NCBI RefSeq assembly: GCF_006345805.1
Contig: NC_043000.1
Location: forward strand, 137,392,001-137,456,000
Source: Octopus sinensis
Lineage: Eukaryota
Length of the DNA: 64,000 nucleotides
Direction: 5' to 3'
This document shows positions 38,731 through 52,254 of the stretch, piece after piece (the first letter of the stretch is position 1; every line of letters begins with the position of its first letter). The position numbers and the translations under genes were made by a program. The notes beneath the pieces are model-generated. The model was not told where the DNA came from, ran no database searches, and saw only the letters and a program-made list of their open reading frames with translations.

Positions 38731-41041
38731 CATGTCTCGGCACCGGCGGCCGTTTTGCCTCTGTAGTGATTATATATTGAGAAAAAATTGGCGAAAAAAT
38801 TTGGTAGCTAGATAGTACCACTACACCTCTATATATACAAATATGTATAATGTATACATACACGTACGTGTAATCTTATACGTCATAAGTTAAGTTTCTA
38901 TAACCTAGCGCAGCCATAAATGGTATTATAATGAAGGAAGCAACGATAACTGTGATTGATATACGAGTAGTAAGTAGCCACGATTCATAGATAGCACATA
39001 CTTAGAGATAAAAATTTAATCTGATATCTGAGAAAAAATGCCATTTTCTTTTCTTTGATCATAAATTTGGCTTGAGAGTAGTCTTAATTAATTTTAAACG
39101 TTCTACTAAAGTATTAACAATGTGGTCTGTTATTATATCGAAACAGTATTGTTGAATAACAGTAATTCAAGTGCTGAAACCACTTAAAACTTATGATAAA
39201 TTCTGAACATCGCGTAGAAGTTATTTCAAAATATTGCTTTGATTATTGTGTATTGTAATTATACAATCTCAGCCTGTTGCATAAATATCAAAACAAGCGA
39301 AAAAGTACGTAAGGGAATTAGGTCTATGCTTCGTGAAGAGCAAAACTTCATCATCTTTGAACTTTAAATTTTAGCGTGAACTTTTAGGTTAATAATTCAA
39401 TTTCTCGTATCCCAAATTGATATTGGAGTTCATGGGCTGTGTTCCAAAACACAAGGAATCAATCTCAAATGAAAGACCCACTTCAACAGGAAAATTGTGT
39501 AAAATTATTCCAATTTCTTTCCAATTGCGACTGATATTTCTGATATCATTAAGTATATTTTTATACTGTCACTTGTCTGAGTTCTCCAACAGAAGTATTC
39601 GTGTTCTCTCTGTCGATCTTTCTACTTTTAACACACAGACAATATATCCTGTTCTCTTTCTGTCTCTCATACACACAAACACACTACTTACCCTCTCACA
39701 CACAAACACTGTACACACATGAACGCATAAATAAATCTTAGTTCATTTATTGTAAATATTCACATAATGTCGCACACCGAATTAAATAATTATTCTACGA
39801 AACAATGTTTAAATTGGATTTCTTATGTAACATTTATTGCCAAAACATGATGCATCGGAGGTTTTCTGTCTTGTATATGTTCTACATTTTCTCCAAATTT
39901 TAAGCTTCACTCTCAGACTAAATAAATATTTCAAGATACTCTTATTGTAAAAAAAAAAGAAAAATGATAATCGCAGCTAAGCATTAAATTTATAACACCA
40001 ATACATTAACACTAGGAATACAACTTCCATTGTCAAAAAAATGCTTTAATAGCTAAAGCGTGTTTAGATGAAGAAAATCTCAACTTCTATATATTCTAGA
40101 TGTAAGCAGAGGACAGACTTATAATATAGACAAAAACGTATCAAGAGAAGCTTTTAAAGTATATTATTTAGATCTTTCAAATATTTATATCCAATATTTT
40201 AAAGTTATGAATCATTTATATTTTGATGATTTATTTCATTATTTTCCAATGACATTTTTTCATCTATTTTCTAATAAAGACACTCAAATGGTCAACGTTG
40301 ATTTCAATCTTTAAATATATTTACACTGAAGTATTTTTTTTACATCTTTAACTACAATATTCTATAGCAGTTCGCGAAATCCTTGAATGTAGAGTACGCT
40401 TAGTTATATATTTTACCATGCGTAAAACATGCAGAAATATACACATACATTCATGTGTATGTGAGTGTGTGTGTGCGTACGTTCGTGTGTGTAGTTTTGT
40501 GCCATCATGAAACTCGTTTGTCTCAGTCAGAATTATATAATTATTTTGTCTCTAATTTTTGCGTCGACTCCACCCTTCGCCATTTAATGTTGTTATTTTG
40601 TTATTATTCTATATATTACTCTAATACGCACAGATATACACACATTTACTCACACATGTTAGCCGTTATTATGTACGCAGAGGAAAGTAAGTCTAAATTT
40701 TCTAGAACATAAATATCTTGAAGCATATGTGTTCAATGTGTGAACAGCATTGCAGAAAGTTTGGTTGCCAAAGATCATCAGATATCTTCTTTAAAATGCT
40801 AGCAATCTTTACATTTTTCTACGTGCTAGTGTTCCCTCTTTCTCGATGCGTCGAAGATAACTACTGAAAGAAAACTTCTGTATATTACCTAGGTAGCAGT
40901 TATGCCACCTAGGTAATCATAATCAATGTTGAGCAATTTAGTCAGGGGTCACCTAGCTTAATGGTACAGAGTGCTCAGCCGAAATTTGAGGTGTACAGGG
41001 TTCGATTCTCTATAGCGGCTTGCTGATCACTTTTTAAATAA

Positions 41042-41240
41042 GATGGCGAGCTGGCAAAAATGCATAGCGGCACTTCGTCCGTCTTATTTTTTGAGTTCAA
41101 ATTCCGCTGTGGTCGACTTTACCGTTCATCCTTTCAGAGTCGACAAAATAAGTACCATTTGAGCACTGGGAGTCGAAGTAATCGACTTACCCCCTTCTTT
41201 GAAATTGCTGGCTTTGTGCCAAAATATGAAATCAATATTT
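41042..41240 (+). mobile_element. SINE family C copy (others ~49180-49360, ~51520-51670, ~62303-62515, all +)
   Basis: TGGCGAGCTGGCA..GAGTTCAAATTCCGC.G.GGTCGACTTT.CC.TTCATCC motif. Confidence 0.75.
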
Positions 41241-41461
41241 AGAAAATTGGCTAATTAAAAATAAATGACTATATTCAAAATAGCATAAGGAAATACTGAG
41301 TTGTTAAAATGAAAGAGGAAATATATGTTGTTGGTGTAGGCTCGAAATTGTTTTGTGCTTTAGCAGAAATGAAATTGCAAAATTATTTTCTCGTGATCTA
41401 GTGATTGGTTTCATCGTACCTCATCAGATTCTTTAGAACTGAAAATTATGTTGGTTGATAC

Positions 41462-41651
41462 TGCAATCATTACATCAATTTAAAATGCAGAGCAATCCTC
41501 AGCTGCAGAAAGTCATAGAATTTAATTAAATTAGAACAGATGTACACATTAGTATAATTATACTAATGTTCCATCTGTTCTAATTTTATTAAATTCTATG
41601 CCATTTGCAGCTGAGGATTGCTCTGCATTTTAGATTGATGTAATGATTGCA
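41462..41651. repeat. ~95-bp-arm imperfect palindrome with no loop
   Basis: Centre CATTAGTATAA|TTATACTAATG at 41557/41558; the arms pair out to TGCAATC/GATTGCA. Confidence 0.85.
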
Positions 41652-41819
41652 TTGTTCAATTAAATGGAGTTGCATGAAACGATCGTACTACATTCCCTCT
41701 GGATATCTTTGTTGCTTGTTTGGATTTTAGTCACCTTATTTTGAAATTGTATGGATAATACCGTGCTAAATTCTGGTGCCTCAACTCAAATACCATATTC
41801 TTCAGAATGTTTGCTGAAC

Positions 41820-42077
<258 letters not shown>

Positions 42078-42938
42078 GTCTGTCTTTCTGTCTTTCTGTA
42101 CTTCTGTCTATATATGTGTGCACGTAAACTTATATTTGTGTGTAAGTATGTATGTTTTTATGCATATTGGTTCGAGCAAGATGTTTACACTTTGTAATTA
42201 TGAAATCTGATGCTACAGGATAATGGTGAAACTCTAGAAAACTTTATTTTAAATGGGAGTGAAAGACACGATTAATCAGTTAGCCTCTAACTTATATAAA
42301 CCCCAATAAATCGAAGTAAGTTACATTCGTATTAATAACCGATAATAATTAAACTTTCCGTGCGAATAACTGCTTAACTCTCACGTTTCTAATTACAACA
42401 GAATTAAAAATAGCTTGAGATGTCAATATTAGAAACAGAATTAGCAGCAGCCGGGATGGGAGAAATAGTTATTAGATGCAGCAATAATAATGTTAAGAAT
42501 CATATCGTACAAAAAGTTTTGAAATAAGAAGCAAATATAGATTCTTCAAGAAATATACGTATCATGTATATTCTGCTTCCATGGAACAACACAAGTTGCA
42601 TAATTACCACATCTAACTTCTGTTTTGCTGTACTCCTATCGACCAAAATATAATTAAAAAACAAGATATTCTCTTTATTTCTTTGACAAATTTATTGACA
42701 TGTTTACAGACCATGATTGACTAATATTTTTATTTACATTATATTTCTGCTAAACCAAAATATAGCATCAAACCTCCATCAACAACTTATGTCTGATTAT
42801 CAGTATTACGTTGCTTCTCAATAACTTGGCTTGGGTTTCACTCCATACGTGGAACCATGGGCAAATGTCTTCTATTAGAGAGCATCGAATCGACCAAAGA
42901 CTTGTGAGTGGATTTGGTTGACTGAGAGAAACCCATCG

Positions 42939-43001
<63 letters not shown>

Positions 43002-43035
43002 TATATTATATATATATATATGTGTATATAAATAA

Positions 43036-43098
<63 letters not shown>

Positions 43099-43379
43099 AG
43101 TAAGAAAATGGAGGGGATCAATAGGTGGTTCATCAACTTTTAGACATTATATTATGTCAATTTATTTATTTACTAAAATGGCAACTACAAGAATATACAT
43201 ACATGTATAACATATTATGCTTTACACATAAAATGTATTAATATATAAAGATACCAGTAATTATTAAAATATAACATACAGGAATATAAATTGGGAAAAT
43301 GTCTTACAGCTGTTTCAGCCAAGAGGCAAAAATACCTCATTCCTTCTTTATTCCTCCAGTAGACTGAAATAATTAGTGG

Positions 43380-43457
<78 letters not shown>

Positions 43458-44889
43458 GTATGTATGAATGCATGTATGTATATATGTGTGTGTGTGTGTA
43501 TATGTTTGTTTTGTCCCCCATCACGGCTTGACAAGGCAACCGGTGTTGGTATGTTTATCTCTCCGTATACCTAGCGGTTCGACGAAAGTGATCCATAATG
43601 TTAAATGTACTGGGGCCGATTCGTTCGGCTAAAGTTCCTCAAGGTGGTGCTCCAGTATGGTTGCCGTCTATCGAATGAAATAAGTAACGATAGAAGATAA
43701 AAGCTGACAATGACTACCTCGAAAATCTGTCGAGAAGAAAAGCTAAACGATTCAACAGCTTAATAGAAACGATTATAATTTTACATATACTCCGCTGGAC
43801 CATTGTATAAATTTACAAGTAAATAGTAAATAATCTTATTCCCATCATTGTACTACCAACAACAGAAAATTAAATGTTGGTATTCTCAAATACTGCATGT
43901 ACATACATGAATATATGCATACACAAATATAGATACTTGCGTATACACATGTATACACTTTATGTATATTATACACTAAGAAATTTACATAAACAAAAAT
44001 ATAGCTCACAGGAAAGTAAAAGTTCTCTTTGTTGATATAATACATGCACATCTTAATAGGTTCTCGTTTGAGTTAGACTATCACTGTCAGTCTTTAGGCG
44101 ATACAAGAACAGCACCTTCTACGAAGTGTAATCTAGACGCCTGTAGAATCATATTTATACAGAGCTTTAGAGTTTGCATATTTTATTTCAAGTCTTGAAA
44201 AGTGCATAAAGTATCTTATATCCTCCATGTTGAGATAGATTTTATGGGAAACAATTCCCTTTTGAAAACTTTTAGGAAGATGTGTCTTTAGAATGTCATT
44301 GAATGGTGCGAAAAGTGAGAAAAAGGATGGATCTCCGGATTTGAATTATTAAAGTTGCATACGAATTTTATGTAAGTCTGAGCGAATTAGGGAAGAGGTA
44401 TGTTTGTAAAGCTTGTGAAAAGGTGGGAAGAGTTAATACTTGCGGGATAGTAGGAAAGTCTTGGGTAGCATGTGAAAGCTAAAAACACTAAATAACGAAA
44501 AAAAAGATCGAAAATTATAAAGAGAGTGTAATGCTGTAACATAGTAAAATGCTGAATCTTTTCCATACTTCTATACACTTGCATATTCCGATTTTAATAT
44601 ATTTTCTTCAACGTTCTTCCATCGTAATTTACAAATGGCAGTCCAGTGGAAACAACCTACCCGCAACTGAAGGCTTGAGACGCTTACAGCGGAACAAATT
44701 TGTTCAAATGCAGATGCAATACCTTATATGTCTCCGACGATTGTATATGCTTCCGGATTTCTTTGCGTGGAAGGTACTTGTCTTCTTGTAGGGAGTGAAA
44801 ATTGCTTGGGTATTACTATTCCAAAATAGTAATACCCAAACAATTGATAGTAATAGTGTTAACCTATATAGTAATTATTTCAGTATCAA

Positions 44890-45500
<611 letters not shown>

Positions 45501-46737
45501 ATATACACATCTGTTTTAAAGTTGATTGCCTACCTTCGTCTATATTTACTCCGTCATTCGCCATTTGCGGGTTCATTTGCACAAAAATTTCGAAAACAAC
45601 TGTTTCACAAAAAAATGTCTTTCAATAAGGATATTTGAAGTATTATTCCTGCTCAAGATAGTAACTGCATCCGGTGGAGAGGTTCCTGCTCAGGGGAATT
45701 CAATAGTTATTTTTGTTGGAGGGAGTATAGAGGTAGTCTTGAACCAATACTACTCCCAGGATCGTTCTTGCTTGGAGTATCGATATTAAGGTCTCAATTA
45801 TGTGTCACTGCTAAGACACACAGATCACGGAAGATATCTGTCTCTTAGACATATGTCACATAGGCCCACCAGTGTATAGTCACACTCCGTTTTCTTCATT
45901 GTGTATCCATCACAGGGATACTTTTAATCCTTGGCTCAATGTACACCAGCACTTGGTCCTTGTGTATGTAGAACAAGTAGGCTTCAAATCTAGGGATTGG
46001 CTTCATCGTACCTCACCAGTTTCTTTAGAACTGTAAAGTATATTGGCTGATACTGTTATTTCTACATCTAACTTATTAAAAGAGCTGCAAGCGATTTAAT
46101 CGCCTGACCTCAAGTTGTTGAGCAGATGTAATATTACTAACCAATAAAGTGTGTATATAAATACTTTCAAATATTTTCGTATCTCCCTCTCCCATCTGAA
46201 TTCAAATCCTACTGGTGCTGAGATTGTCTTTCTTTCCACTGGGTTTGATAAGAGAAGTCTCACTTTTAAACTGGATGCAATTGAATCAAACAAATACTCC
46301 ATAGCGACCAATCGATTTCTGACACGGTATGAAATGAATATTTGCTGACATCGCGAAATAAAATTCTGTACAGTTTCTTATTCTTCAATAATATGGGAAT
46401 CATGTTAAAAATATACACAGAAAAAGTGACAGTATAGCAAAAGGAAACATCAAGCGAAACGTAAAATTAAATATTAGAATTTCGGGAAGCAGCTATCTAT
46501 TTTTGTATCATTATTTTTAATACTAAAACAATTTTAATCAGTTGATAAAACTTAAGATCCCATATTAGAGAAATACTTCAAAAAATAATTCTAATTTTAG
46601 TGCAATTCCTAAGTTGTCGTTATTAAACATGAAGAGCTGATTCGAGAAGGCGTAGATGAGGCAAAAATGAGAAAATACACCGTTTTATCTTCTTTTTCAT
46701 TTATTTCATCTTCTCATATATATATATATATATATAT

Positions 46738-48271
46738 AAAATAATAGTTATCGCCATACTAATATGGCATTCTTATAAAAATAAGAAAAAAAAGCTGTCC
46801 GCTTATTAGCTCCATGAGGCCATCGCCTTAAGTTAGCTATTTGATACACAAACTGTATCCATATAACCTTCGAACAAGGGAGGTCAGTCGCTCCACACTA
46901 CTTGACCGGCAGCTACAGACGCGTTTCGGGGTATTGCCCCTTTTCAATGCAGCGTAGCCAGCCAGTAGGTGTCGCTTCCGACAATCTCTGTTCGATGGTT
47001 TTATTTACCTAGTTTCGGTGGAATACATCCACTTGTTTTCAATAATAGAAATATTAAAATAACTAAGTCTCTCTAAAAGAGAACAGCGGCAGCGTTCCCG
47101 GAAAATAATAGTTATCGCCATACTAATATGGCATTCTTATAAAAATAAGAAAAAAGCTGTCCGCTTATTAGCTCTCATGAGGCCATCGCCTTAAGTTAGC
47201 TATTTGATACACAAACTGTATCCATATAACCTTCGAACAAGGGAGGTCAGTCGCTCCACACAACTTGACCGGCAGCTACAGACGCGTTTCGGGGTATTGC
47301 CCCTTTTCAATGCAGCGTAGCCAGCCAGTAGGTGTCGCTTCCGACAATCTCTGTTCGATGGTTTTATTTACCTAGTTTCGGTGGAATACATCCACTTGTT
47401 TTCAATAATAGAAATATTAAAATAACTAAGTCTCTCTAAAAGAGAACAGCGGCAGCGTTCCCGGAAAATAATAGTTATCGCCATACTAACATGGCATTCT
47501 TATAAAAATAAGAAAAAAGCTGTCCGCTTATTAGCTCCATGAGGCCATCGCCTTAAGTTAGCTATTTGATACACAAACTGTATCCATATAACCTTCGAAC
47601 AAGGGAGGTCAGTCGCTCCACACTACTTGACCGGCAGCTACAGACGCGTTTCGGGGTATTGCCCCTTTTCAATGCAGCGTAGCCAGCCAGTAGGTGTCGC
47701 TTCCGACAATCTCTGTTCGATGGTTTTATTTACCTAGTTTCGGTGGAATACATCCACTTGTTTTCAATAATAGAAATATTAAAATAACTAAGTCTCTCTA
47801 AAAGAGAACAGCGGCAGCGTTCCCGGAAAATAATAGTTATCGCCATACTAATATGGCATTCTTATAAAAATAAGAAAAAAGCTGTCCGCTTATTAGCTCC
47901 ATGAGGCCATCGCCTTAAGTTAGCTATTTGATACACAAACTGTATCCATATAACCTTCGAACAAGGGAGGTCAGTCGCTCCACACTACTTGACCGGCAGC
48001 TACGCTGCATTGAAAAGGGGCAATACCCCGAAACGCGTCTGTAGCTGCCGGTCAAGTAGTGTGGAGCGACTGACCTCCCTTGTTCGAAGTTTATATGGAT
48101 ACAGTTTGTGTATCAAATAGCTAACTTAAGGCGATGGCCTCATGGAGCTAATAAGCGGACAGCTTTTTTCTTATTTTTATAAGAATGCCATATTAGTATG
48201 GCGATAACTATTATTTTCCGGGAACGCTGCCGCTGTTCTCTTTTAGAGAGACTTAGTTTTTTAATATTTCA
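46738..48271 (-). mobile_element. Retrozyme/pLTR-like ~362-bp tandem array with hammerhead ribozymes and a terminal inversion, between (TA)n tracts
   Basis: Units start at 46738, 47102, 47465 and 47827 (partial); inverted copy ~47999-48271. HHRs at 46913-46952, 47276-47315 and 47638-47677 (-) and 48005-48044 (+). Confidence 0.85.
48005..48044 (+). ncRNA. Type I hammerhead with U3-A8 core variant
   Basis: CTGCA-TTGAAAA-GGGG-caata-CCCC-GAAA-CGCG-TC-TGTAG. The same motif occurs on the minus strand in each full unit. Confidence 0.75.
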
Positions 48272-48278
48272 TTATATA

Positions 48279-48311
<33 letters not shown>

Positions 48312-49453
48312 ATATAATATTAAATTAGAGATAAAACCACTATTAGGCAAATCAACAGTGAAAAACACAAGCCAATACATAAAATTAATTTTAAAATATA
48401 ACAGTTAAAAATAAAAAATTATTTAAATAATTTAAACTTATAAATTTTATATATATATATATATATATGTATGTATATTTTTATATTTATATATTATTTT
48501 ATTTATTAATTAATTGATTAATTTTTTTTTATATCAAAAGTATTAAAAGTTTAATAAAAGATACATATATCTATGTATGTATATATATATGTATGTATGT
48601 ATATATACCTGTTATCTTTAATCTTTTACTTTCAGTCGTTAAAGAGCGGCTGTGCATTTATACATACTTACACATACAAACATATGTATGTAGTTATGTA
48701 TGTACATATGTACATATATATTGTATTATGCTATATCATAATGGAGCGTGAAGTAAGAGATTCTAGAATTAATGTTCGTCCCTTTATGAAAAGCCCCTTA
48801 AATTTCATAAAACGATGTCTGTAGTGGAAGCTTACATTGATATATTATTCCTTCCAAAAGGAATGGTCTTCACAACAATTTTGGTTTGGGAATATTCAGT
48901 GCTATGTTGAGGACGTGATGCTCTCACACTACTAGCCTCTGACCTTTATCAACACCAGATATCTTACATTGATTCATCTCCGTGTCACTTCTATATGGTG
49001 CAACGGCTTGTGCATGTGTTGTACAATACTTATTGCACCGAAAATACAGCATAGACATTGGTTATACACTTCACTTTTACACATTATTGTCATTTTGGTT
49101 TGGTTCAGGTTCGGTCATACCCCTGGTATGATTTTTGAGGGTTTACTATGATGGATATTATAAGGGACAAAATCGTTAGCACAACCGGCAAAATGTTTAG
49201 CAACATTTCGTCTGTCTGAACGTTCTGGACTCAAATTCCGCCGAGGCCAATTTTGCCTTTCTTCCTTTCGGGGTCGGTAAATTAAGTACCACTGAAACAC
49301 TGGAATCGATGTAATAGACTAGTCTTCTCTCCTAAACTTTCAGGCCTTGTGTCTGTAGTAGAAAAGTTTATTATTATTATTATTATTATTATTATTGTTG
49401 TTGTTTTATTATTATTATTATTATCATTATTATTATTATTATGATTATTATTG

Positions 49454-50009
49454 ATTGAGAGAGCAGTGCATGCCATCAAAGTGACACTGGGGTAAAATAT
49501 ACGAAGCTCAGTATACCCATCATAAGTACCAGTCTGATTAGGTTACACCAGGTACATGCATCACAACCATATGTGCATGACATAATGATCTCATATCAAT
49601 ATAAACAGCGTATGACCTTGCATGCGGGACCCAGTTAGAAATTTTTTTCTGGTCGAGTAACCCATCCCGCTCAAAAGGTCCCTGAATAAGGGTTGTTTAA
49701 GGAGGTTGAACGGAATACCCATGTTTCCAGAGGTGAATTATTCAAACCCCAAAGAATCCCTCTCAACACACGGCTATGGTGCTTCCCCACTACTTCTGCT
49801 CGCGATAGATAGAAATGCACATATCGTCAGCCACTAAGGAACATGCTCACCTGGTTAAGATCAAACAACTGAGAAGCAACTCTGTGGTATTCAGCAGAAT
49901 ATTTGCTGTAGCCCATCTTTTATACCAAGACAAAAGAATGTACATGATAACACTTCCAATCAGTTATGATCAGAAACCACGCGAGCCACTGCCTGGTACT
50001 GCATCAGGG
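49454..50009 (-). mobile_element. ~555-bp non-coding element bounded by (ATT)n on both sides (probable non-autonomous AAT-targeting retroelement)
   Basis: Sharp boundaries against ATT repeats on both sides and no recognisable ORF. Orientation inferred by placing the long AAT tract at the 3' end. Confidence 0.5.
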
Positions 50010-50059
50010 TAATTATTATTATTATTATTGTTGTTGTTGTTGTTGTTGTTATTATAATA

Positions 50060-51057
50060 CCTAGAGACTACGGTACTATGCTATTCGCTTTTTTCTGCCA
50101 TCTAATACATTCCTGGTTATTCTGTCGGTGGCAAGGAGGCAAACCCTTTTAACATTTCTACTGAGCACTCTATTCCAATTTCCTTTATATTCCCCTTGAT
50201 GCCTTCTAATGCTGTTCCCGCGGTTGACCCTCCAACTCATAGCCAAAGTTTGGTCTTCCGCTGCTAGTCTAGTACTCTCAGTCTCTTTTTTAGGGAGCCT
50301 TTCATCAGCCGATCCCATCTATTTGTTCCAACAACTTCTGTTGTAGCTACATGGAATTGATTGTGTAGTCCCTTCTTGCGTAATTCTTCTTCATGTCCTT
50401 TTTGTACTCCTTCGTTTGTTTCCCCTTTTCCTCAGCTCTCAATACTCCTTCGTTCCTGACTGTCACTTGCAAGTTTACCTTACTTTGGATTAGATATCTC
50501 ATTAAGCTCTCGAGTTCGATATGCACGAAGTCTTCCCCCCTTATCTGTCCCCTTCCTCAATTTACTCTGTTTATGTATAGGCGACTAGTGTCTACACGTG
50601 GATGATGAGCCCCATGCATCATTAGGAGATTTCTTGACTTCCTGTCCCTCTCCTTTAGATCCTCCTCTCCCTACTTCAAGATTACAGCGTCATACCAAAT
50701 TACGGGGACTGCGCGCGAGTTTATTTCCAAAACTATGTTTCTGGCATTCAATTTGGAGCCAATGTTTTTCTCACTCGCCGCAGGTACTCTCTTTTTGTGC
50801 TTTCATTCATGCCATAGAGTTTGATTCCGCCTGCCATTCTGAGGTATCTATAGCTAGATTGTGGTTGATTTGACTTCATCACTTCACCACTTGGCAACCA
50901 TATGCCCTCCGTCCTGGCAAGCTTTCTTCCTCTCATCAACATCGTAGCACATTGTGAGATTCCAAACTCCATCTTAATATCACCGGAGAAAATCCGCACA
51001 GACTGGACTAGGCTCTCCAGTCCTGCCTCAGTTTTCGTGAGTAGCTCAGTTTTTGCG
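50060..51057 (-). pseudogene. R4/Dong-like reverse transcriptase C-terminal remnant
   Basis: FSGDIKMEFGISQCA..YRYL..MNESTKREYLRRVRKTL, INSRAVPVIWY and DTSRLYINR..GRG match R4-clade RT/thumb patterns. Confidence 0.75.
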
Positions 51058-51349
51058 AATTGTTGTTGTTGTTGCTGTTGTTGTTTTTGCTGCTGCTGCT
51101 GCTGCTGCTGTTGTTGCTCTTCTTCTTCTTTTTTTTTTTTTCATTAGCATCTTCTTTCAATTTTGTTTCCATTTCTTGCTGTTTCCTTGACACCTAGGAC
51201 AGAGAAACGTACTGTACACATTGGTAGGCCATTAAAACAAACACACCAGATTGTCATGTAATAGAGAAAAAAGGGAAGACGGAGAGAAAAAAAAAATAGA
51301 AAAGTAAACAAATAAAATAAAAGAGGGAAAGGAACAATAAAATTTCAAT

Positions 51350-51480
51350 AGATTGTATTTTCTATGTTTTTCTTCGTCTTTCTTTACGATCCTGGAATCA
51401 AACATGCATGATGGGTCGATTAATAAGCAACACCGCTTTTCTTTATCTATAATTGCTATGTCCGGTCTATTATTTCCTAA
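51350..51480 (-). pseudogene. RLE-type endonuclease remnant of a non-LTR element
   Basis: NNRPDIAIIDKEKRCCLLIDPSCMFDSRIVKKDEEKHRKY. Confidence 0.65.
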
Positions 51481-51834
51481 GTTATCATTATTATTCTTTT
51501 TGTTGGAGCGATGTGCTACGAGAATCATTAGCAGCCCGCGGAAAATGCTTAGCGGCATTTCGTCCATCCTTACGTTCTGAGTTCAAATTCCGCCGATATT
51601 CACTTTGCCTTTCATCCTCTCGGGGTCGATGAAATAACTTCCAGTTGAGTACTGGGGTAGATCTAATCAGCTATGTGTACATAAAGTCAAACATATGCAC
51701 GAGTACACAAAAACAAATTATGTATGAATGCATGTATGTATGTATGCATATATGTATGTATGTATCTCTCTCACTGTCTCTTTCTCTCTCTCTCTATCTC
51801 TATATATATGTGTGTGTGTATTAATATATGTACA

Positions 51835-52085
51835 CACTTCAACATGGTTGTCCGTTCGAACGGACTCTATTGCGATGGTTTTAATCCCAAGAGGTCATTT
51901 CCTCTAGCTGGTTCACGATGAAGAGCTGATCTACTGCTCCCGCTACTAGAATGTGGTAGAGCTTCGGTCCCTGTTCGCAATTTATCGGATGCAGCTCTGC
52001 ATCGTTAACCAGCTATAAGAGATGTCCTCTTGTGGTTAAAACAATCACAGTAGAGTCCGTTCGAACGGACAGCCATGTTTAAGTG
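51835..52085. mobile_element. MITE with ~75-bp imperfect TIRs
   Basis: CACTTCAACATGGTTGTCCGTTCGAACGGACTCTA... pairs with ...TAGAGTCCGTTCGAACGGACAGCCATGTTTAAGTG. Confidence 0.75.
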
Positions 52086-52207
52086 GCTACGAACATCACT
52101 TGTCAGTACAACTACTGCGTTAATCATTTAGAGAGATTTTAGAACTAGAATTTTTACTTATATATATATGTGTGTTTATATGTGTGTATATATATATATG
52201 TATATAT

Positions 52208-52254
<47 letters not shown>

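Noticed and set aside
40885-41015. tRNA-like segment (TAGCTTAATGG ... GGTTCGATTCT) preceded by an 11-bp inverted repeat
   Set aside because: The cloverleaf stems do not pair; most likely a decayed SINE head, not a tRNA gene.
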